This document shows, one piece after another, positions 19,954 through 30,317 of a DNA stretch of 64,000 nt. Made by a program: the position numbers and the translations under genes. The stretch comes from a virus. The DNA lies in the IMG/VR virus record IMGVR_UViG_3300045988_162176, positions 32,001-96,000 of that record; one strand, given 5' to 3'. Numbering within the stretch: the first letter of the stretch is position 1; every line of letters begins with the position of its first letter. Under the pieces are notes generated by a model that worked only from the letters and a program-made list of their open reading frames with translations, ran no database searches and was not told where the DNA came from.

Positions 19954-20496
19954 TCAATTCTCCCATCTATCAGTAGATTTTAATTCAATTTCTTTATTTA
20001 AATAAGACTCTCGAATTTTATCAATTTCTTTTTTGGCTTTGTTGGTTTCTTCTTCGGCTTTCTTTTGGATTTCTTCAATATCTCCCTGCACAGCTTCAAG
20101 AACATATCTTAAACTGTCTTGAGAGTTTTTGTTAAATTCTTCTTTCTTTCGTTTATTTTTCATGTCATATTTAAAGAAGACATATTTAATATTTCCAATA
20201 AAACCGAAATTGATATAAACATTACCCCAATTGCCTGTTTTTGTTCTAACAGTTCGGCACGGTGCGAACCATTTCAACTCCCATTCATGAGGAGCTAAAA
20301 TATAATATTTCTTCCAATCATTAAACTTTAAATGTGCCCAACTACGCCAATCTTTGCGATATTCTTTAATCCAATCAGTTATTGTATTTTTATATCCATA
20401 GTCTTCGTCTTTATAAATAATATAGGCAAGATAACAAACAAATACAACAAGTGCAATAAAAAACAACCCACTAATAAAACACAAAATTGTTAACAT
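19954..20496 (-). CDS. membrane-anchored coiled-coil protein
   Basis: 180 aa; N-terminal TM helix; paralog of the downstream gene. Confidence 0.7.
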   Translation of the reverse strand: MLTILCFISGLFFIALVVFVCYLAYIIYKDEDYGYKNTITDWIKEYRKDWRSWAHLKFNDWKKYYILAPHEWELKWFAPCRTVRTKTGNWGNVYINFGFIGNIKYVFFKYDMKNKRKKEEFNKNSQDSLRYVLEAVQGDIEEIQKKAEEETNKAKKEIDKIRESYLNKEIELKSTDRWEN

Positions 20497-20525
20497 AAAA
20501 ACACCTCTCTTTTTTTAGTATATTC

Positions 20526-20554
20526 AATATACCATAAAAGAGAAGTGTTGTCAA
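20526..20554 (-). promoter_or_regulatory. sigma-70-type promoter
   Basis: TTGACA-17-TATATT. Confidence 0.65.
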
Positions 20555-20574
20555 CTATTTATTAAATTAAATTG

Positions 20575-20880
20575 TTAGTTTTCCTTGGGCTTAATAGTAA
20601 TAATTGAATCAATTTTCTTAACAAAAACAGAAAATCCATAATATTCTGAGATAAAATCACACATATCCTTGAAGAGTTGATGGTTAATTACATTTAAATA
20701 TTGTGGATAAATAGTATAAATACAAACATTTTCAAGTTCATAATCATAACTGATAAAGAAAGTATCTGTTAAAGTAGCCAGAGTTTCATCTTGGTCAATA
20801 ATACGCTGAATAAAATCTGCAATTTCCTAGTCAATAGGGGAAGTAATATCAGAAATTATCTCATATTTCTTTTTGTTCAT
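20575..20880 (-). CDS. hypothetical protein, TAG-recoded
   Basis: MNKKKYEIISDITSPID*EIADFIQRIIDQ...KPKEN, 102 codons with one in-frame TAG; no ORF called here under the standard code. Confidence 0.6.
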
Positions 20881-21226
20881 TGCTTTTTTCCTCGCTTAAA
20901 TCGCTTAAATATTCATCTAATACACTATCAACATTACCACTTACAAAGATGATAGGAGGGTCTTCTTTGGAATAGGGATAAGAAGTAGAATTAAGATATT
21001 CATAGTCTTTAGGCATTACACAAGCCCAATGATTTAGTTTGGGTACATAAACAAGATTAGAAAAACCCCAGTTATAAAACAAATCAAGTTCTCTCGCAGT
21101 AAAATTTAATCTGTAAGCTTCATGTTTATAATATTCAGATTTCTTTTTATCGTTTGTTTTATTAGAAGCTTTAAGATAATCTTTTAAAATTTCTTCAATT
21201 TTAAGACAAGTATCAAAAATTTTCAT
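20861..21226 (-). CDS. hypothetical protein
   Basis: Start at MKIFDTC (RBS GGAGGAA), overlapping the stop of the upstream gene. Confidence 0.7.
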   Translation of the reverse strand: MKIFDTCLKIEEILKDYLKASNKTNDKKKSEYYKHEAYRLNFTARELDLFYNWGFSNLVYVPKLNHWACVMPKDYEYLNSTSYPYSKEDPPIIFVSGNVDSVLDEYLSDLSEEKSNEQKEI

Positions 21227-22257
21227 TATTCCTCCACATAACAGATATAGCAATTATATCCTTTTTCAGCTAAATCAGCCTTAACCTTTTCAGCACCAGA
21301 CTTTTTAGCAAAGAATCCTACTTGAACCTTGTAAAGTTTGGTTTTATGGTCTAGTATACAGAAAGCAGTTGAATAATCAATAATACCAGTTAAGGTGCGA
21401 ATCTCATTACGGTAGGTAATCGCACGAGCAGAATTACTAAAAGCTCCCAACTGACAGCGATAGCCAGTCTTTTTAGGACGGTTTTCCTCTTTCTTATCAA
21501 TTTTATTCTGTTTCTTTTCTTCTATCTCTGCTTTTTCTCTTTCGGCATTAGAACGAAGCCAGAAAGCGAGAATAGAATCAACAGGTCTCAACCAACCAGA
21601 AGCAGAAAGTCGTGTTCCTTCAAAGTTTGTGTAAGTAGAATTTCCACCATCCTGATTGCAACAATAATCTACATCAGGAAAAAGAGATTTAATAAAGTTC
21701 TGAGCAGTAGAAAGCTTCATACCACCAGACACAACAGAAACAATAAAGTACTTTTCATTCTTGGGATTGCCATCTGTCTTTGTCCAACCGAACATCTGTC
21801 TCTTAGCTTCGTAATCAATATCAGCATAGTTCTTTACAGATTGAGGTTGCTTATTTTTAAACAGGGCAGGATATTCTGTGCCAAAATCTCTCCAACCAAC
21901 GCCATTGTTAAATACGCCATTCATAATCTTTCCAGAATTTGTAATACCCCAACCATTAGAGAAATTACTATCTTTGGCATAAACAGTATTGTTGCTTTTC
22001 AAATTCCAGATAGAAGTTCCACTTGCAGTATCAAAGAAGAAAGCGTTCGTTACAATATCAGGCTTGTAGCCATAAAGATTATACATCTTTTCAGGGCTTA
22101 ACTTGGGTTGAGTACACATATCAATACTTGCACTCTTTAATTCGCTTTTAGGCCAATCAATTACAACTACATTGTTATAAGTAACCCCTCTTACAATAGG
22201 GTGATACCAACGAAGCAGAGAATTGTTTTTACCATAATGATACTAAATATTTGCCAT
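21226..22257 (-). CDS. cell-wall-associated protein: phosphodiester-glycosidase-like domain + C-terminal SPOR domain; TAG-recoded
   Basis: MANI*YHYGKNN... continues in frame into the 297-aa ORF; C-terminus RCQLGAFSNSARA...YKVQVGFFAKKSGAEKVKADL is SPOR-like. Confidence 0.6.
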
Positions 22258-22388
22258 GTTATCTCCATTCTTCTATATATTTCAATAGATTAATTTAAAT
22301 TAAAATAAAGGACAAGTATCCTTTTCTATTATTAGTTTAGCATAAAAAAGAATACTTGTCAATATTTAAATTGTTAAATTTTTATGAA

Positions 22389-22775
22389 TTATACTTCTTT
22401 GTAAGGTTCTGTAATGGGAACATCTACCTTTTTCTTTTTATTATATGTACGCTTCTTGGTAGTTTCAAGAGTTACATTGTTAGTAACAGTCTCTTCCTTA
22501 GAAAGATAAATATTCATAACAGGAACAAGCTTAAGCTCTTCAATGGTAATGCTTGTCCAGTCATAGTACTTAGGAGGAAGATTGGTTTCATCAAAATGGA
22601 ATTTAAACCACTTTTCTGCTGAGAGGGGACAACTAAAACGTCTCGCCTTATCAAAATCAACAAAGAAGCCAGTAAGACCGAGATAATCTTCTCCTGCATA
22701 AAGAGTCTTAATTTCAGAATCTCGGTTTGCTTTAATGGTAATATAATACACAGGCTGATTTTTAAGAGCCACCAT
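22389..22775 (-). CDS. hypothetical small protein (TYAGY family)
   Basis: 128 aa; IKTLYAGEDY...FDKARRF. Confidence 0.7.
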   Translation of the reverse strand: MVALKNQPVYYITIKANRDSEIKTLYAGEDYLGLTGFFVDFDKARRFSCPLSAEKWFKFHFDETNLPPKYYDWTSITIEELKLVPVMNIYLSKEETVTNNVTLETTKKRTYNKKKKVDVPITEPYKEV

Positions 22776-22786
22776 AATATTCTCCT

Positions 22787-23119
22787 TTAATGCATGATAG
22801 TATACTTACTTCCAATTTCTACCTTGATAATCTTTGCGTAATTGAAATCATATTCCTTGGCATAAGTCTTATTTTCAAGGAAGAACTTCTTATTTTTGCC
22901 CCACCATTCCTTAGCATCTTTCTCTGTGTCAAAAGAATAGCAAGAAAGAGTAAACTGTTCCGCAATAAGATAGGGAACGTTTGCCCAACCTCTATTAGCA
23001 AAACCATAAGAGGGAGATTCACCATAATTAAGAGGTAATTTCTTTCTAGGAATACCAACACAGTAATAAGTCTCCATGTTAGAATGAGCAAGACCATTAT
23101 CTGTAAGATTAAAAACCAT
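22787..23119 (-). CDS. hypothetical small protein (TYAGY-related)
   Basis: Start at MVFNLTD; ...FDTEKDAKEWW. Confidence 0.65.
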   Translation of the reverse strand: MVFNLTDNGLAHSNMETYYCVGIPRKKLPLNYGESPSYGFANRGWANVPYLIAEQFTLSCYSFDTEKDAKEWWGKNKKFFLENKTYAKEYDFNYAKIIKVEIGSKYTIMH

Positions 23120-23618
23120 TGTTCTTTCCGTCCCTTTCTGCAATCTGTTTTTTAAGATTGTCAATATGAGCCAACTTTTGTCTCAAGGTTTCTTTTGTGC
23201 CTTCAATTCTATTGGCATAATATTCAAAGCTGGTTTGCAAACGCTTAAAAGATTTCTCTTCTTCATCATAAGCGTGTTCAGCTTTAGCCAATGCTTCATC
23301 AAGAGAATCTCTAACGGGAAAATTATCAGCGAAAGAAATTTTTCTATTCTTGGGAATGTGAACATAAAAACGTCTGCTATTAAGACTAGCAAGAGGATTG
23401 TTTTGTCTCCAACTCATATATTTTTCGTAAGATTCAAAGACGTAATTTTGATAAGAATTTTTTCTAATTGTAATTACTTCTGTAGAACCTGATACTCGAC
23501 AGACATAAAAATCTTTGTTCTCATAAACGACAGGATACACAGAAATAGACTTGATATCATGATGAATTTCAACAATCTTTCCGTGTTCCCAAGGTTTCAT
23601 AGCTTCGTAGTTATCCAT
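23109..23618 (-). CDS. hypothetical protein
   Basis: 169-aa ORF. Confidence 0.7.
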   Translation of the reverse strand: MDNYEAMKPWEHGKIVEIHHDIKSISVYPVVYENKDFYVCRVSGSTEVITIRKNSYQNYVFESYEKYMSWRQNNPLASLNSRRFYVHIPKNRKISFADNFPVRDSLDEALAKAEHAYDEEEKSFKRLQTSFEYYANRIEGTKETLRQKLAHIDNLKKQIAERDGKNNGF

Positions 23619-23629
23619 GTTAAACCTCC

Positions 23630-24034
23630 TTAAAAGTTTTCAGGGGAAGTGTGATATTTATTATCCATTAAAGAAGTGGTAACAACATGTTCTTTTCGAA
23701 TAACAGAAAAATAATGTTCAAGATATTGAGGCGCATTAGGAAAAGGACTAGGATTATTGTAGGATTTAACAGCTTTAACAAAAGTGTTAATTAAATTTTC
23801 ACTGTTTGGGTCAGATTTAAATTCCCCAACCAATGCTAAAGCCTCTCCTTCAGAATTAGCACTGAGAATATTGTCTTCTTCATAAGTTTGCGAAAAGAAA
23901 TAATTGTGGACAAAATACATAAGGTCGCGCTTAATAAAATAAATACATTTGTATTTATTAAACTTAACCACAAGAACAGGATAATAGGTAATAATTTTGT
24001 TTTCTACTACATTATTTCCAATTTTATAATTCAT
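23630..24034 (-). CDS. hypothetical protein
   Basis: 134-aa ORF. Confidence 0.7.
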   Translation of the reverse strand: MNYKIGNNVVENKIITYYPVLVVKFNKYKCIYFIKRDLMYFVHNYFFSQTYEEDNILSANSEGEALALVGEFKSDPNSENLINTFVKAVKSYNNPSPFPNAPQYLEHYFSVIRKEHVVTTSLMDNKYHTSPENF

Positions 24035-24043
24035 AATTTCACC

Positions 24044-24382
24044 TCAAATATTTTTTAGTTCGATTACAGTTTTAAGAGTGCAAGCATTTTTTCCAGCAAA
24101 CACAAAGACAAAACCTTTATAATAATAAATACGTTCGCTATTAGATTTAGTGCGGAAACGACGTTTAAAAGCATACATTTCTTCACTGGTTAGTCCATTT
24201 TTCTCGTAGTTGTAAATAGTTAAAGCATCAAGATTGATGCCTTTGTTACGAGCATTACAAGCTAACTGACGAAGCTCTCTTTCGTTCTTAATACCAAGTC
24301 TTTCCAATCCACGGTCACGAGAATGAAAAGTTAGCTTGATTTTATCAGAACCAATTTTGTTGTGAAAATTACGATTGTACAT
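24044..24382 (-). CDS. hypothetical protein
   Basis: 112-aa ORF downstream of promoter 24424-24452. Confidence 0.7.
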   Translation of the reverse strand: MYNRNFHNKIGSDKIKLTFHSRDRGLERLGIKNERELRQLACNARNKGINLDALTIYNYEKNGLTSEEMYAFKRRFRTKSNSERIYYYKGFVFVFAGKNACTLKTVIELKNI

Positions 24383-24423
24383 TTATTAAACAACTCCTTT
24401 CGGTGGATTCACTTCATATTTAA

Positions 24424-24452
24424 AGTATACCAGACCTAAAAGGAGTTGTCAA
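24424..24452 (-). promoter_or_regulatory. sigma-70-type promoter
   Basis: TTGACA-17-TATACT. Confidence 0.65.
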
Positions 24453-24459
24453 GTGTTTA

Positions 24460-24948
24460 TTAAATTGATTCTGGGAATACAGCTAATCTTTCTCTAAGAG
24501 CCGCATACTCTTTTAAAATCTGGTTATAATTATCAATAGCGTCTTTAGTTCCTTCTTCTGCTTCTTCAATGGTAAGAAGTTCAAGAGAAGTATTGTCTCC
24601 CCGACTGTCAATTTTTACGCCAATAAGATAATACTTCTGACCATTTTGATGATTAAAGCAAAATTCAGCTAAGGTTTTCTTTTGCCAAGAACTAATATAA
24701 ATCCTTAGAGAATATTCTAAAAAGCTAAGAAGATAAGCAGGAGTAGCTTCTTCTCCCATAACAAACCAATATTCGTCTTCGCTTTCATAAGGATTGGGAA
24801 TATAGAAGCAACGCTTTACCATTACGGCACGAATATCAGAACTTTTTTCATAGGCAAAACATTCCTCTTCTGTATTGAACATACGACCATCTTCTGCAAC
24901 CCAATACGTTTTTTCTGTTGCAGGAACTACTTCTTTCTGCATTTTCAT
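24460..24948 (-). CDS. hypothetical protein
   Basis: 162-aa ORF. Confidence 0.7.
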   Translation of the reverse strand: MKMQKEVVPATEKTYWVAEDGRMFNTEEECFAYEKSSDIRAVMVKRCFYIPNPYESEDEYWFVMGEEATPAYLLSFLEYSLRIYISSWQKKTLAEFCFNHQNGQKYYLIGVKIDSRGDNTSLELLTIEEAEEGTKDAIDNYNQILKEYAALRERLAVFPESI

Positions 24949-24949
24949 A

Positions 24950-25300
24950 TTAATTAAAATCCTTAATTACTTTATAATAAAATTCATCTTTTAATTTATC
25001 AGAAATGATGCCCATCTTGTGAAAATGCTCGTTTAGTTTAATGCAAGCTAATTTAATAAATTCGTTATAATTAAATATCCATGTCCAACCTAAAACAAGG
25101 TTTATGATTGGAAGAGCACTTAAAATAAGAATTTGAATAATTGGAATTGCAGAACCAGTACTGGATAATTTAATTTTAACATTTCTTGCATCAAAAAAAT
25201 TATTCACATATTTTGTAATTTCTTTGACAAGATAAAAGAAAACCAAAACATCCAGAATAAAAACAAATCGCCAAACATTAATTAGAATTTTTAGAATCAT
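24950..25300 (-). CDS. hypothetical membrane protein
   Basis: 116 aa with two hydrophobic segments. Confidence 0.65.
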   Translation of the reverse strand: MILKILINVWRFVFILDVLVFFYLVKEITKYVNNFFDARNVKIKLSSTGSAIPIIQILILSALPIINLVLGWTWIFNYNEFIKLACIKLNEHFHKMGIISDKLKDEFYYKVIKDFN

Positions 25301-25505
25301 CTGTCTTTGTATCTTTCTCCTTTACTTCTTCAACTTCTTTCGGGACTTCTTTGAATTTTTTACAAAGATAAGATAAATGCCCCATGGAATTATATGTAAA
25401 TCCACTTTCATGATGTCTTACACAATCCTTCCATGGGCATTTCTTTTCATCACAGCCAGTAAAAGGAAGTAAAGATATCTATCTGTCACCTTTTGGAATA
25501 TACAT
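25278..25505 (-). CDS. Cys/His-rich small protein, TAG-recoded
   Basis: MYIPKGDR*ISLLPFTGCDEKKCPWKDCVRHHESG...; 76 codons, one TAG. Confidence 0.55.
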
Positions 25506-25528
25506 TTATTTTTCTCCTATATGTATTA

Positions 25529-26065
25529 TTATCCCTTAATTTGAATATAAGGGATAGACTCGGGACCAATATCAAAGTCCCATCCGTTTTCCACAATTTT
25601 TTCAAGAAAAGTCTTGTTATTTGCCAGATTCCAAACAATATTACTACAGCAATCTTTATGAATGGTATAATAAGGATGCTTGATATTTTTTTCACGACCA
25701 ACTTCAAAAAGACGCCCCATAATGACATTAAAGAAATAACTTGCATCATTATCTTTAAAAGTCTGATTCCAAACTTCTGCATCTTCCTTTGCTTTTGCGC
25801 TGGTAATATCAACCCAAGAACCATCTTCATTCTTTTGAAAGGAGAGTTCATACCCTCTACACTCGCAAAGCTCTTTAAATCGCTTATCATTGGTTAGAAT
25901 TTTCCATAAAGTCGGAGTGAGCTGGAAACTTTCAAAACGTGCAACACTATATCCCAAACTGGAATTGTGGTCAAGACGTTCTTCGATATAACTAAGAAGC
26001 TTGGTGATATTATTATTCTTATTATTGCTCTTGTATTCTTCAAGATATTCCTGTTTAGTAAACAT
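25529..26065 (-). CDS. hypothetical protein
   Basis: 178-aa ORF downstream of promoter 26105-26133. Confidence 0.75.
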   Translation of the reverse strand: MFTKQEYLEEYKSNNKNNNITKLLSYIEERLDHNSSLGYSVARFESFQLTPTLWKILTNDKRFKELCECRGYELSFQKNEDGSWVDITSAKAKEDAEVWNQTFKDNDASYFFNVIMGRLFEVGREKNIKHPYYTIHKDCCSNIVWNLANNKTFLEKIVENGWDFDIGPESIPYIQIKG

Positions 26066-26104
26066 AATTTAACAACTCCCATTGCTTTTTTAGTTGATAT
26101 TTAT

Positions 26105-26133
26105 ATAATACTACAAGCAAAGAGAGTTGTCAA
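26105..26133 (-). promoter_or_regulatory. sigma-70-type promoter
   Basis: TTGACA-17-TATTAT. Confidence 0.65.
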
Positions 26134-26140
26134 GTGGTTA

Positions 26141-26530
26141 TTAAGTTTTTTTACCAATTTTATAAGGGTATAATTTTAATTCTTCTGATAAATCTTTATA
26201 CTGGATAGCTTTTTCTTCAATAAGATAAGAATCATTTTTCTTTTTTGAAGATTTCATATCTTTAAGATTTTTGCTACCACAATAAGGACAATAAATAAAT
26301 TCTTTTTCGAGAGCATATCTTGTAATGAATTCTGGATTAGATAAAGTAGAAGTTGCGTGCATATATTCTCTGCAATTTATACAATAAGAATAAAAAGCTC
26401 CATCATGGATAAATTTAATTACAAGCCAGTCTCCATTTCGAAATAAGACTCTGTAACGAGGGTCATTACCATTGTACTGATAATCACTGTACTTCGCTTG
26501 TCTTATCTTCTTTCTTTGTTTCTTCGACAT
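26141..26530 (-). CDS. hypothetical protein with zinc-ribbon-like cysteines
   Basis: 129 aa; CINC...CPYCG. Confidence 0.7.
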   Translation of the reverse strand: MSKKQRKKIRQAKYSDYQYNGNDPRYRVLFRNGDWLVIKFIHDGAFYSYCINCREYMHATSTLSNPEFITRYALEKEFIYCPYCGSKNLKDMKSSKKKNDSYLIEEKAIQYKDLSEELKLYPYKIGKKT

Positions 26531-26535
26531 TTTCT

Positions 26536-26832
26536 TTATTTTAACTTTCCTTGAAATAAATATGTTACTGTAGTATTTGTTTTGTCGGCAATAATCATAA
26601 AATCACGGCAAGTAAGAAAATATTTTTTATGAATAATTTTTCTTACATTCTTTTCTGAAATATTAAGAAATTCAGCCCACTGCTTGTATGAATAAGGACT
26701 TGCTTTCATTACTTTGCTTACTCGCTTTAATTTATCCATATAAGGTTTATTAGGATGAATATAATAGAATTTAATATAATACCAAAAACCAAGAAGTTTA
26801 TTTTTAAAATTTTTCATGGCTTCTTTTTCCAT
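26536..26832 (-). CDS. possible helix-turn-helix protein
   Basis: 98 aa; KQWAEFLNISEKNVRKIIHKK resembles an HTH. Confidence 0.5.
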   Translation of the reverse strand: MEKEAMKNFKNKLLGFWYYIKFYYIHPNKPYMDKLKRVSKVMKASPYSYKQWAEFLNISEKNVRKIIHKKYFLTCRDFMIIADKTNTTVTYLFQGKLK

Positions 26833-26847
26833 TATTCGAAAGTATTT

Positions 26848-27033
26848 TTAAGAATTGCTTTTTTGAAGAAATTCTTCCACATTCTTTAAACAATTACTAC
26901 ATAAATCATAAGATTGATAATCATCCCAAATTTCGCCGCCACGTTCAAAATGTCTTTTTATTTTTAAAATATTAATATTGAAAGGATTTGAAATAGGCAT
27001 TCCGCATCTATCGCAAAAACATTTAGTTGCCAT
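26848..27033 (-). CDS. zinc-ribbon small protein
   Basis: Start at MATKCFCDRCG (RBS AAGGAGAA); second pair CSNC. Confidence 0.6.
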   Translation of the reverse strand: MATKCFCDRCGMPISNPFNINILKIKRHFERGGEIWDDYQSYDLCSNCLKNVEEFLQKSNS

Positions 27034-27325
27034 TTTGTTTTTCTCCTTTGTAGTATTTCTTCTCAATCATCTGGTCGATACAGCCTTTATAACAACCTCG
27101 ATGAACTGTTCTTATATGACCTTTATGCCAAATCCATTTCCACCAAGGTAAATATCCTTTGTAATGAAAATCATGCTCCCCTTCTTCATCAAGCCACATC
27201 CAATGTGGGCAAGGAACTTTATTCAAAAAAACAGGAAGATACATTATTTTAATTTTAGGATTTTTTATTTTAGCTTTAATAGCTTCAAATAAACAATTAG
27301 AATAAAAGTCTTTTGAATTTTTCAT
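27023..27325 (-). CDS. hypothetical protein
   Basis: 100-aa ORF. Confidence 0.7.
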   Translation of the reverse strand: MKNSKDFYSNCLFEAIKAKIKNPKIKIMYLPVFLNKVPCPHWMWLDEEGEHDFHYKGYLPWWKWIWHKGHIRTVHRGCYKGCIDQMIEKKYYKGEKQNGN

Positions 27326-27816
27326 TTACTAATCCTATCTGCAATCGTACTTGCTACAAAACTATCTGGTTTAACAGTTGGTTCGTAACCAGCACCTTTT
27401 AACCACCCAACAATTTCTGGAATTACTTGACCACTTGGTCCAGCATATCCAGCATCTACATGAATCCCAATGCTAGTATACTTTTCATAGTCAAAATTTT
27501 CTTGAATAGACAAAGTTGTTAATTCATCAATTAACTGGTCAGCATATACAATGCTTAATTCAGTTTCCTTGTGAATTTTAACTTTTAAATTTAAAATAAT
27601 GGGGAGCTTTTGAATTTCATAGAAGAACTTACCACCTTTGCCATCGGTATAGACAGCAATGACAATGACGGCTTTTGTTTCATCTTTGTGATTTTGACTA
27701 TCAGTACCAATGACAATATGATTATGTTCTGCTACATCTGCATGGTCTCTAATATAGTCAAAAATAATTTCGGCTATTTGGCGCATATTTACTCGTCCAT
27801 ATGTCGGACTAATCAT
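27322..27816 (-). CDS. YkuK/DUF458-type RNase H-like protein
   Basis: 164 aa; ...HIVIGTDSQNHKDETKAVIVIAVYTDGKGG... matches the YkuK family pattern from memory. Confidence 0.55.
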   Translation of the reverse strand: MISPTYGRVNMRQIAEIIFDYIRDHADVAEHNHIVIGTDSQNHKDETKAVIVIAVYTDGKGGKFFYEIQKLPIILNLKVKIHKETELSIVYADQLIDELTTLSIQENFDYEKYTSIGIHVDAGYAGPSGQVIPEIVGWLKGAGYEPTVKPDSFVASTIADRISK

Positions 27817-27842
27817 ATTATCATTCCTTTACTTTGTTTTAA

Positions 27843-28676
27843 TTATAAACTGTTAAGTTTATCTATGATTTGATTAAACTTATCAATTGTTTTAGAAGAG
27901 AATTCGTATTTTTTGTTCGTGTTTCTATCGTAAATTGTACTAATTACACTACCAGAATCATACTTATAGTAAAAATCGTCCTTCGTAAAATGAGGAAGTT
28001 TTGCCTTAGCTTCTTTAACAGGCATTTCTACAACAACACGAGTTGTAGTAAAAATCTCATAATCTTCTGGATTATAAAACCAATTCAGTTCTTTCTTGAG
28101 AGCTTTAATAGAAGTGAAATACTTAGCTCCATCTTTATCTGTAACAAGTGGCGTATCTCCAAAAGTACTCATTCCTTTATAATAGCACTCTTCGGGATTA
28201 GAACCTTTAACAAACTCAGAATTAATTTTAGCAATATAAACTTGCTCTTCTGTTTTTGTTTCTGTCTCTTTTTTTAGAGGCTTTCGAATTGTAATTTCTT
28301 CAATTTCATAATCTTCTTCATTGAAAAACCAATCAGCCGTGCATTTTGCTTCAAAGAAAGTTTTAAAAGGATAAGCTTCTTCTTTCTTACCAAAAACAAC
28401 TTCTTCATGATGTAAACCAGACGCATTACAATAATAATTTTTTCCTTCTGTGGGAACTTCATGTTCTTTTGCATTAGATTTAATACAAATAACATCAGGT
28501 TTAACACGAATAATAAAACGTTTGTTTGAATCATTACCATTTTTAAGATTTTCATTTAGCAAAGTGCCACATACAGGACAATAATTAGCATGGACATAAA
28601 AATCCCCATGGTCAATAAGATTCTTTTTACTTGTAGCGTTAATAGTGAATCTATAATTCTCACACCACTTACACAT
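27843..28676 (-). CDS. hypothetical protein with an N-terminal zinc ribbon
   Basis: 277 aa; CKWC...CPVCG; internally duplicated ...EDYEI... modules. Confidence 0.7.
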   Translation of the reverse strand: MCKWCENYRFTINATSKKNLIDHGDFYVHANYCPVCGTLLNENLKNGNDSNKRFIIRVKPDVICIKSNAKEHEVPTEGKNYYCNASGLHHEEVVFGKKEEAYPFKTFFEAKCTADWFFNEEDYEIEEITIRKPLKKETETKTEEQVYIAKINSEFVKGSNPEECYYKGMSTFGDTPLVTDKDGAKYFTSIKALKKELNWFYNPEDYEIFTTTRVVVEMPVKEAKAKLPHFTKDDFYYKYDSGSVISTIYDRNTNKKYEFSSKTIDKFNQIIDKLNSL

Positions 28677-28713
28677 ATAGAAAAGACTCCTTTCAGTCTA
28701 ATTTACTATCAAT

Positions 28714-28742
28714 AGTATAAACCAAAAAGAGTCTGTTGTCAA
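28714..28742 (-). promoter_or_regulatory. sigma-70-type promoter
   Basis: TTGACA-17-TATACT. Confidence 0.65.
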
Positions 28743-28747
28743 GAGTT

Positions 28748-28972
28748 TTATTTAATTTTCTTTTGTTTTCTTATTTCACTTTGAATTTTAAACCAATAAA
28801 TTGCTGCCATAACAAGAGCAATAGGCCAACAAAAAATCAAAGTTAAATAATGTAATAAGGTTACTTCTTTATCATTTTTATTAGCAGGACAATTATAAAC
28901 ATTATATGTTACTGCAAGCCCACATAAAAGATAAAGAGCAAAACCTATTAGAGATACATCATTCAATCTCAT
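28748..28972 (-). CDS. small membrane protein
   Basis: Start tentatively at MRLNDVSLIG; two hydrophobic helices; lies just downstream of the tnpB element. Confidence 0.5.
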   Translation of the reverse strand: MRLNDVSLIGFALYLLCGLAVTYNVYNCPANKNDKEVTLLHYLTLIFCWPIALVMAAIYWFKIQSEIRKQKKIK

Positions 28973-29019
28973 TGGTAAGTTGCCACTCAAAATGTATTTA
29001 AATATATTTAAACACATCG

Positions 29020-29200
29020 AGAAATTGAAATCCTTACGGATAATTCTTACTGCTTCATAATATATGCTTTCACGATTATAAATAATCCGCTATTCGCAGG
29101 TCCTTGTATATTCCACAGTCGTAAATTCCCGAAATAGCCTTCGGTACATACTTATGATTGCTTAATTATACAATTTCATAAGTTAAAGCATCTCTCAAAT
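29020..29200 (-). ncRNA. probable TnpB omega-RNA (reRNA) scaffold
   Basis: By analogy with characterised TnpB loci, the guide RNA overlaps the 3' end of tnpB and the right end; the region is visibly G+C-richer and hairpin-rich (e.g. CCGAAGGCTATTTCGG). Confidence 0.45.
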
Positions 29201-30317
29201 TAAGACTTGCATTGAAATCTCTATCTGCAATATAACCACATGAACAGTAGTATACTCTGTCTGAAAGTTTTAAGTCTTTATTAATATTACCACAACAATG
29301 ACATAATTTAGAAGAGGGATAAAATCTATCTACAATTCTTAATTCAATATCATTTTCGGCACATTTAACTTTTAATTTTGTTCTAAATTCATAAAACTTT
29401 TGTGCGGCAATAGCTTTTGAAAGATACTTATTCTTCATCATACCTGATATATCTAAATTTTCAATAGTTATATAAGATGGCTTGGTTTTTACTATCTCAG
29501 CTATTATTTTATTGATATAATCAGTTCGAATATTAGTTATTTTATGATAAAGTTTTTGTACTTTAAGTTTTTGTTTTTGTATATTTTTTTGAGTGCTGCC
29601 TCCTTTCTTAAAATTTTCATATTTACGAGAAAGACATCGTTGTTCTCTTCGTAATTGTTTTTCTATTTTTTTTATTTCCCTTGATTTGTTGATATTTTTA
29701 TATATTTTACCATTTGAAATAACGGCAAAATCTTTCAAACCCAAATCAATTCCTATACCTTCATTAAAATTGTGCGCAATTTGAATATTTGGCATCTCTA
29801 CTAAAACAGATACAAAATATTTATTTGCTTTAATAGATACTGTGCCGCTCTTAATTTTCAAACCGCTTTTAGATACTGGTATATAACCTTTTTCTTTTAA
29901 ACGAACCCATCCCAAACTTGGAATTTTAATTCTATGTCTTTCACAAAGACAATCGGTTAAATTATTTTTAACAAAATACATTTTTACATCAGATTTTCCT
30001 TTTTTCTTAAATTTAGGATAACCTGATTGATGTTTAAAAAATTTTGTAAAAGCAGCATATCCATCTTCAATAGATTTTTTTACTGCTTTTGAATATACTT
30101 CTTTAATCCATATTTTGTCAGGATTGTTTGGAATATATTCATTATTAAGCCATAAACTAAAACTTTTTCCTGTTACAAATTTTTTATTTCGGTCATATAA
30201 TTCTTTATTATAAGACAAATAAAAATTGTAAATATATCTACAAGTCCCAATTGTTTTATTAATTTGAATCTTTTGTTCTTTTGTTGGATTTATTTCCGTT
30301 TTAAAACTTTTTAACAT
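29166..30317 (-). CDS. tnpB: TnpB (IS200/IS605-family RNA-guided nuclease, OrfB)
   Basis: 383 aa; N-terminal FKTEINPTKEQ; RuvC motifs IGIDLG, ITIENL, ADRDFNASLNL; zinc finger CHCCG...CSCG. Confidence 0.9.
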   Translation of the reverse strand: MLKSFKTEINPTKEQKIQINKTIGTCRYIYNFYLSYNKELYDRNKKFVTGKSFSLWLNNEYIPNNPDKIWIKEVYSKAVKKSIEDGYAAFTKFFKHQSGYPKFKKKGKSDVKMYFVKNNLTDCLCERHRIKIPSLGWVRLKEKGYIPVSKSGLKIKSGTVSIKANKYFVSVLVEMPNIQIAHNFNEGIGIDLGLKDFAVISNGKIYKNINKSREIKKIEKQLRREQRCLSRKYENFKKGGSTQKNIQKQKLKVQKLYHKITNIRTDYINKIIAEIVKTKPSYITIENLDISGMMKNKYLSKAIAAQKFYEFRTKLKVKCAENDIELRIVDRFYPSSKLCHCCGNINKDLKLSDRVYYCSCGYIADRDFNASLNLRDALTYEIV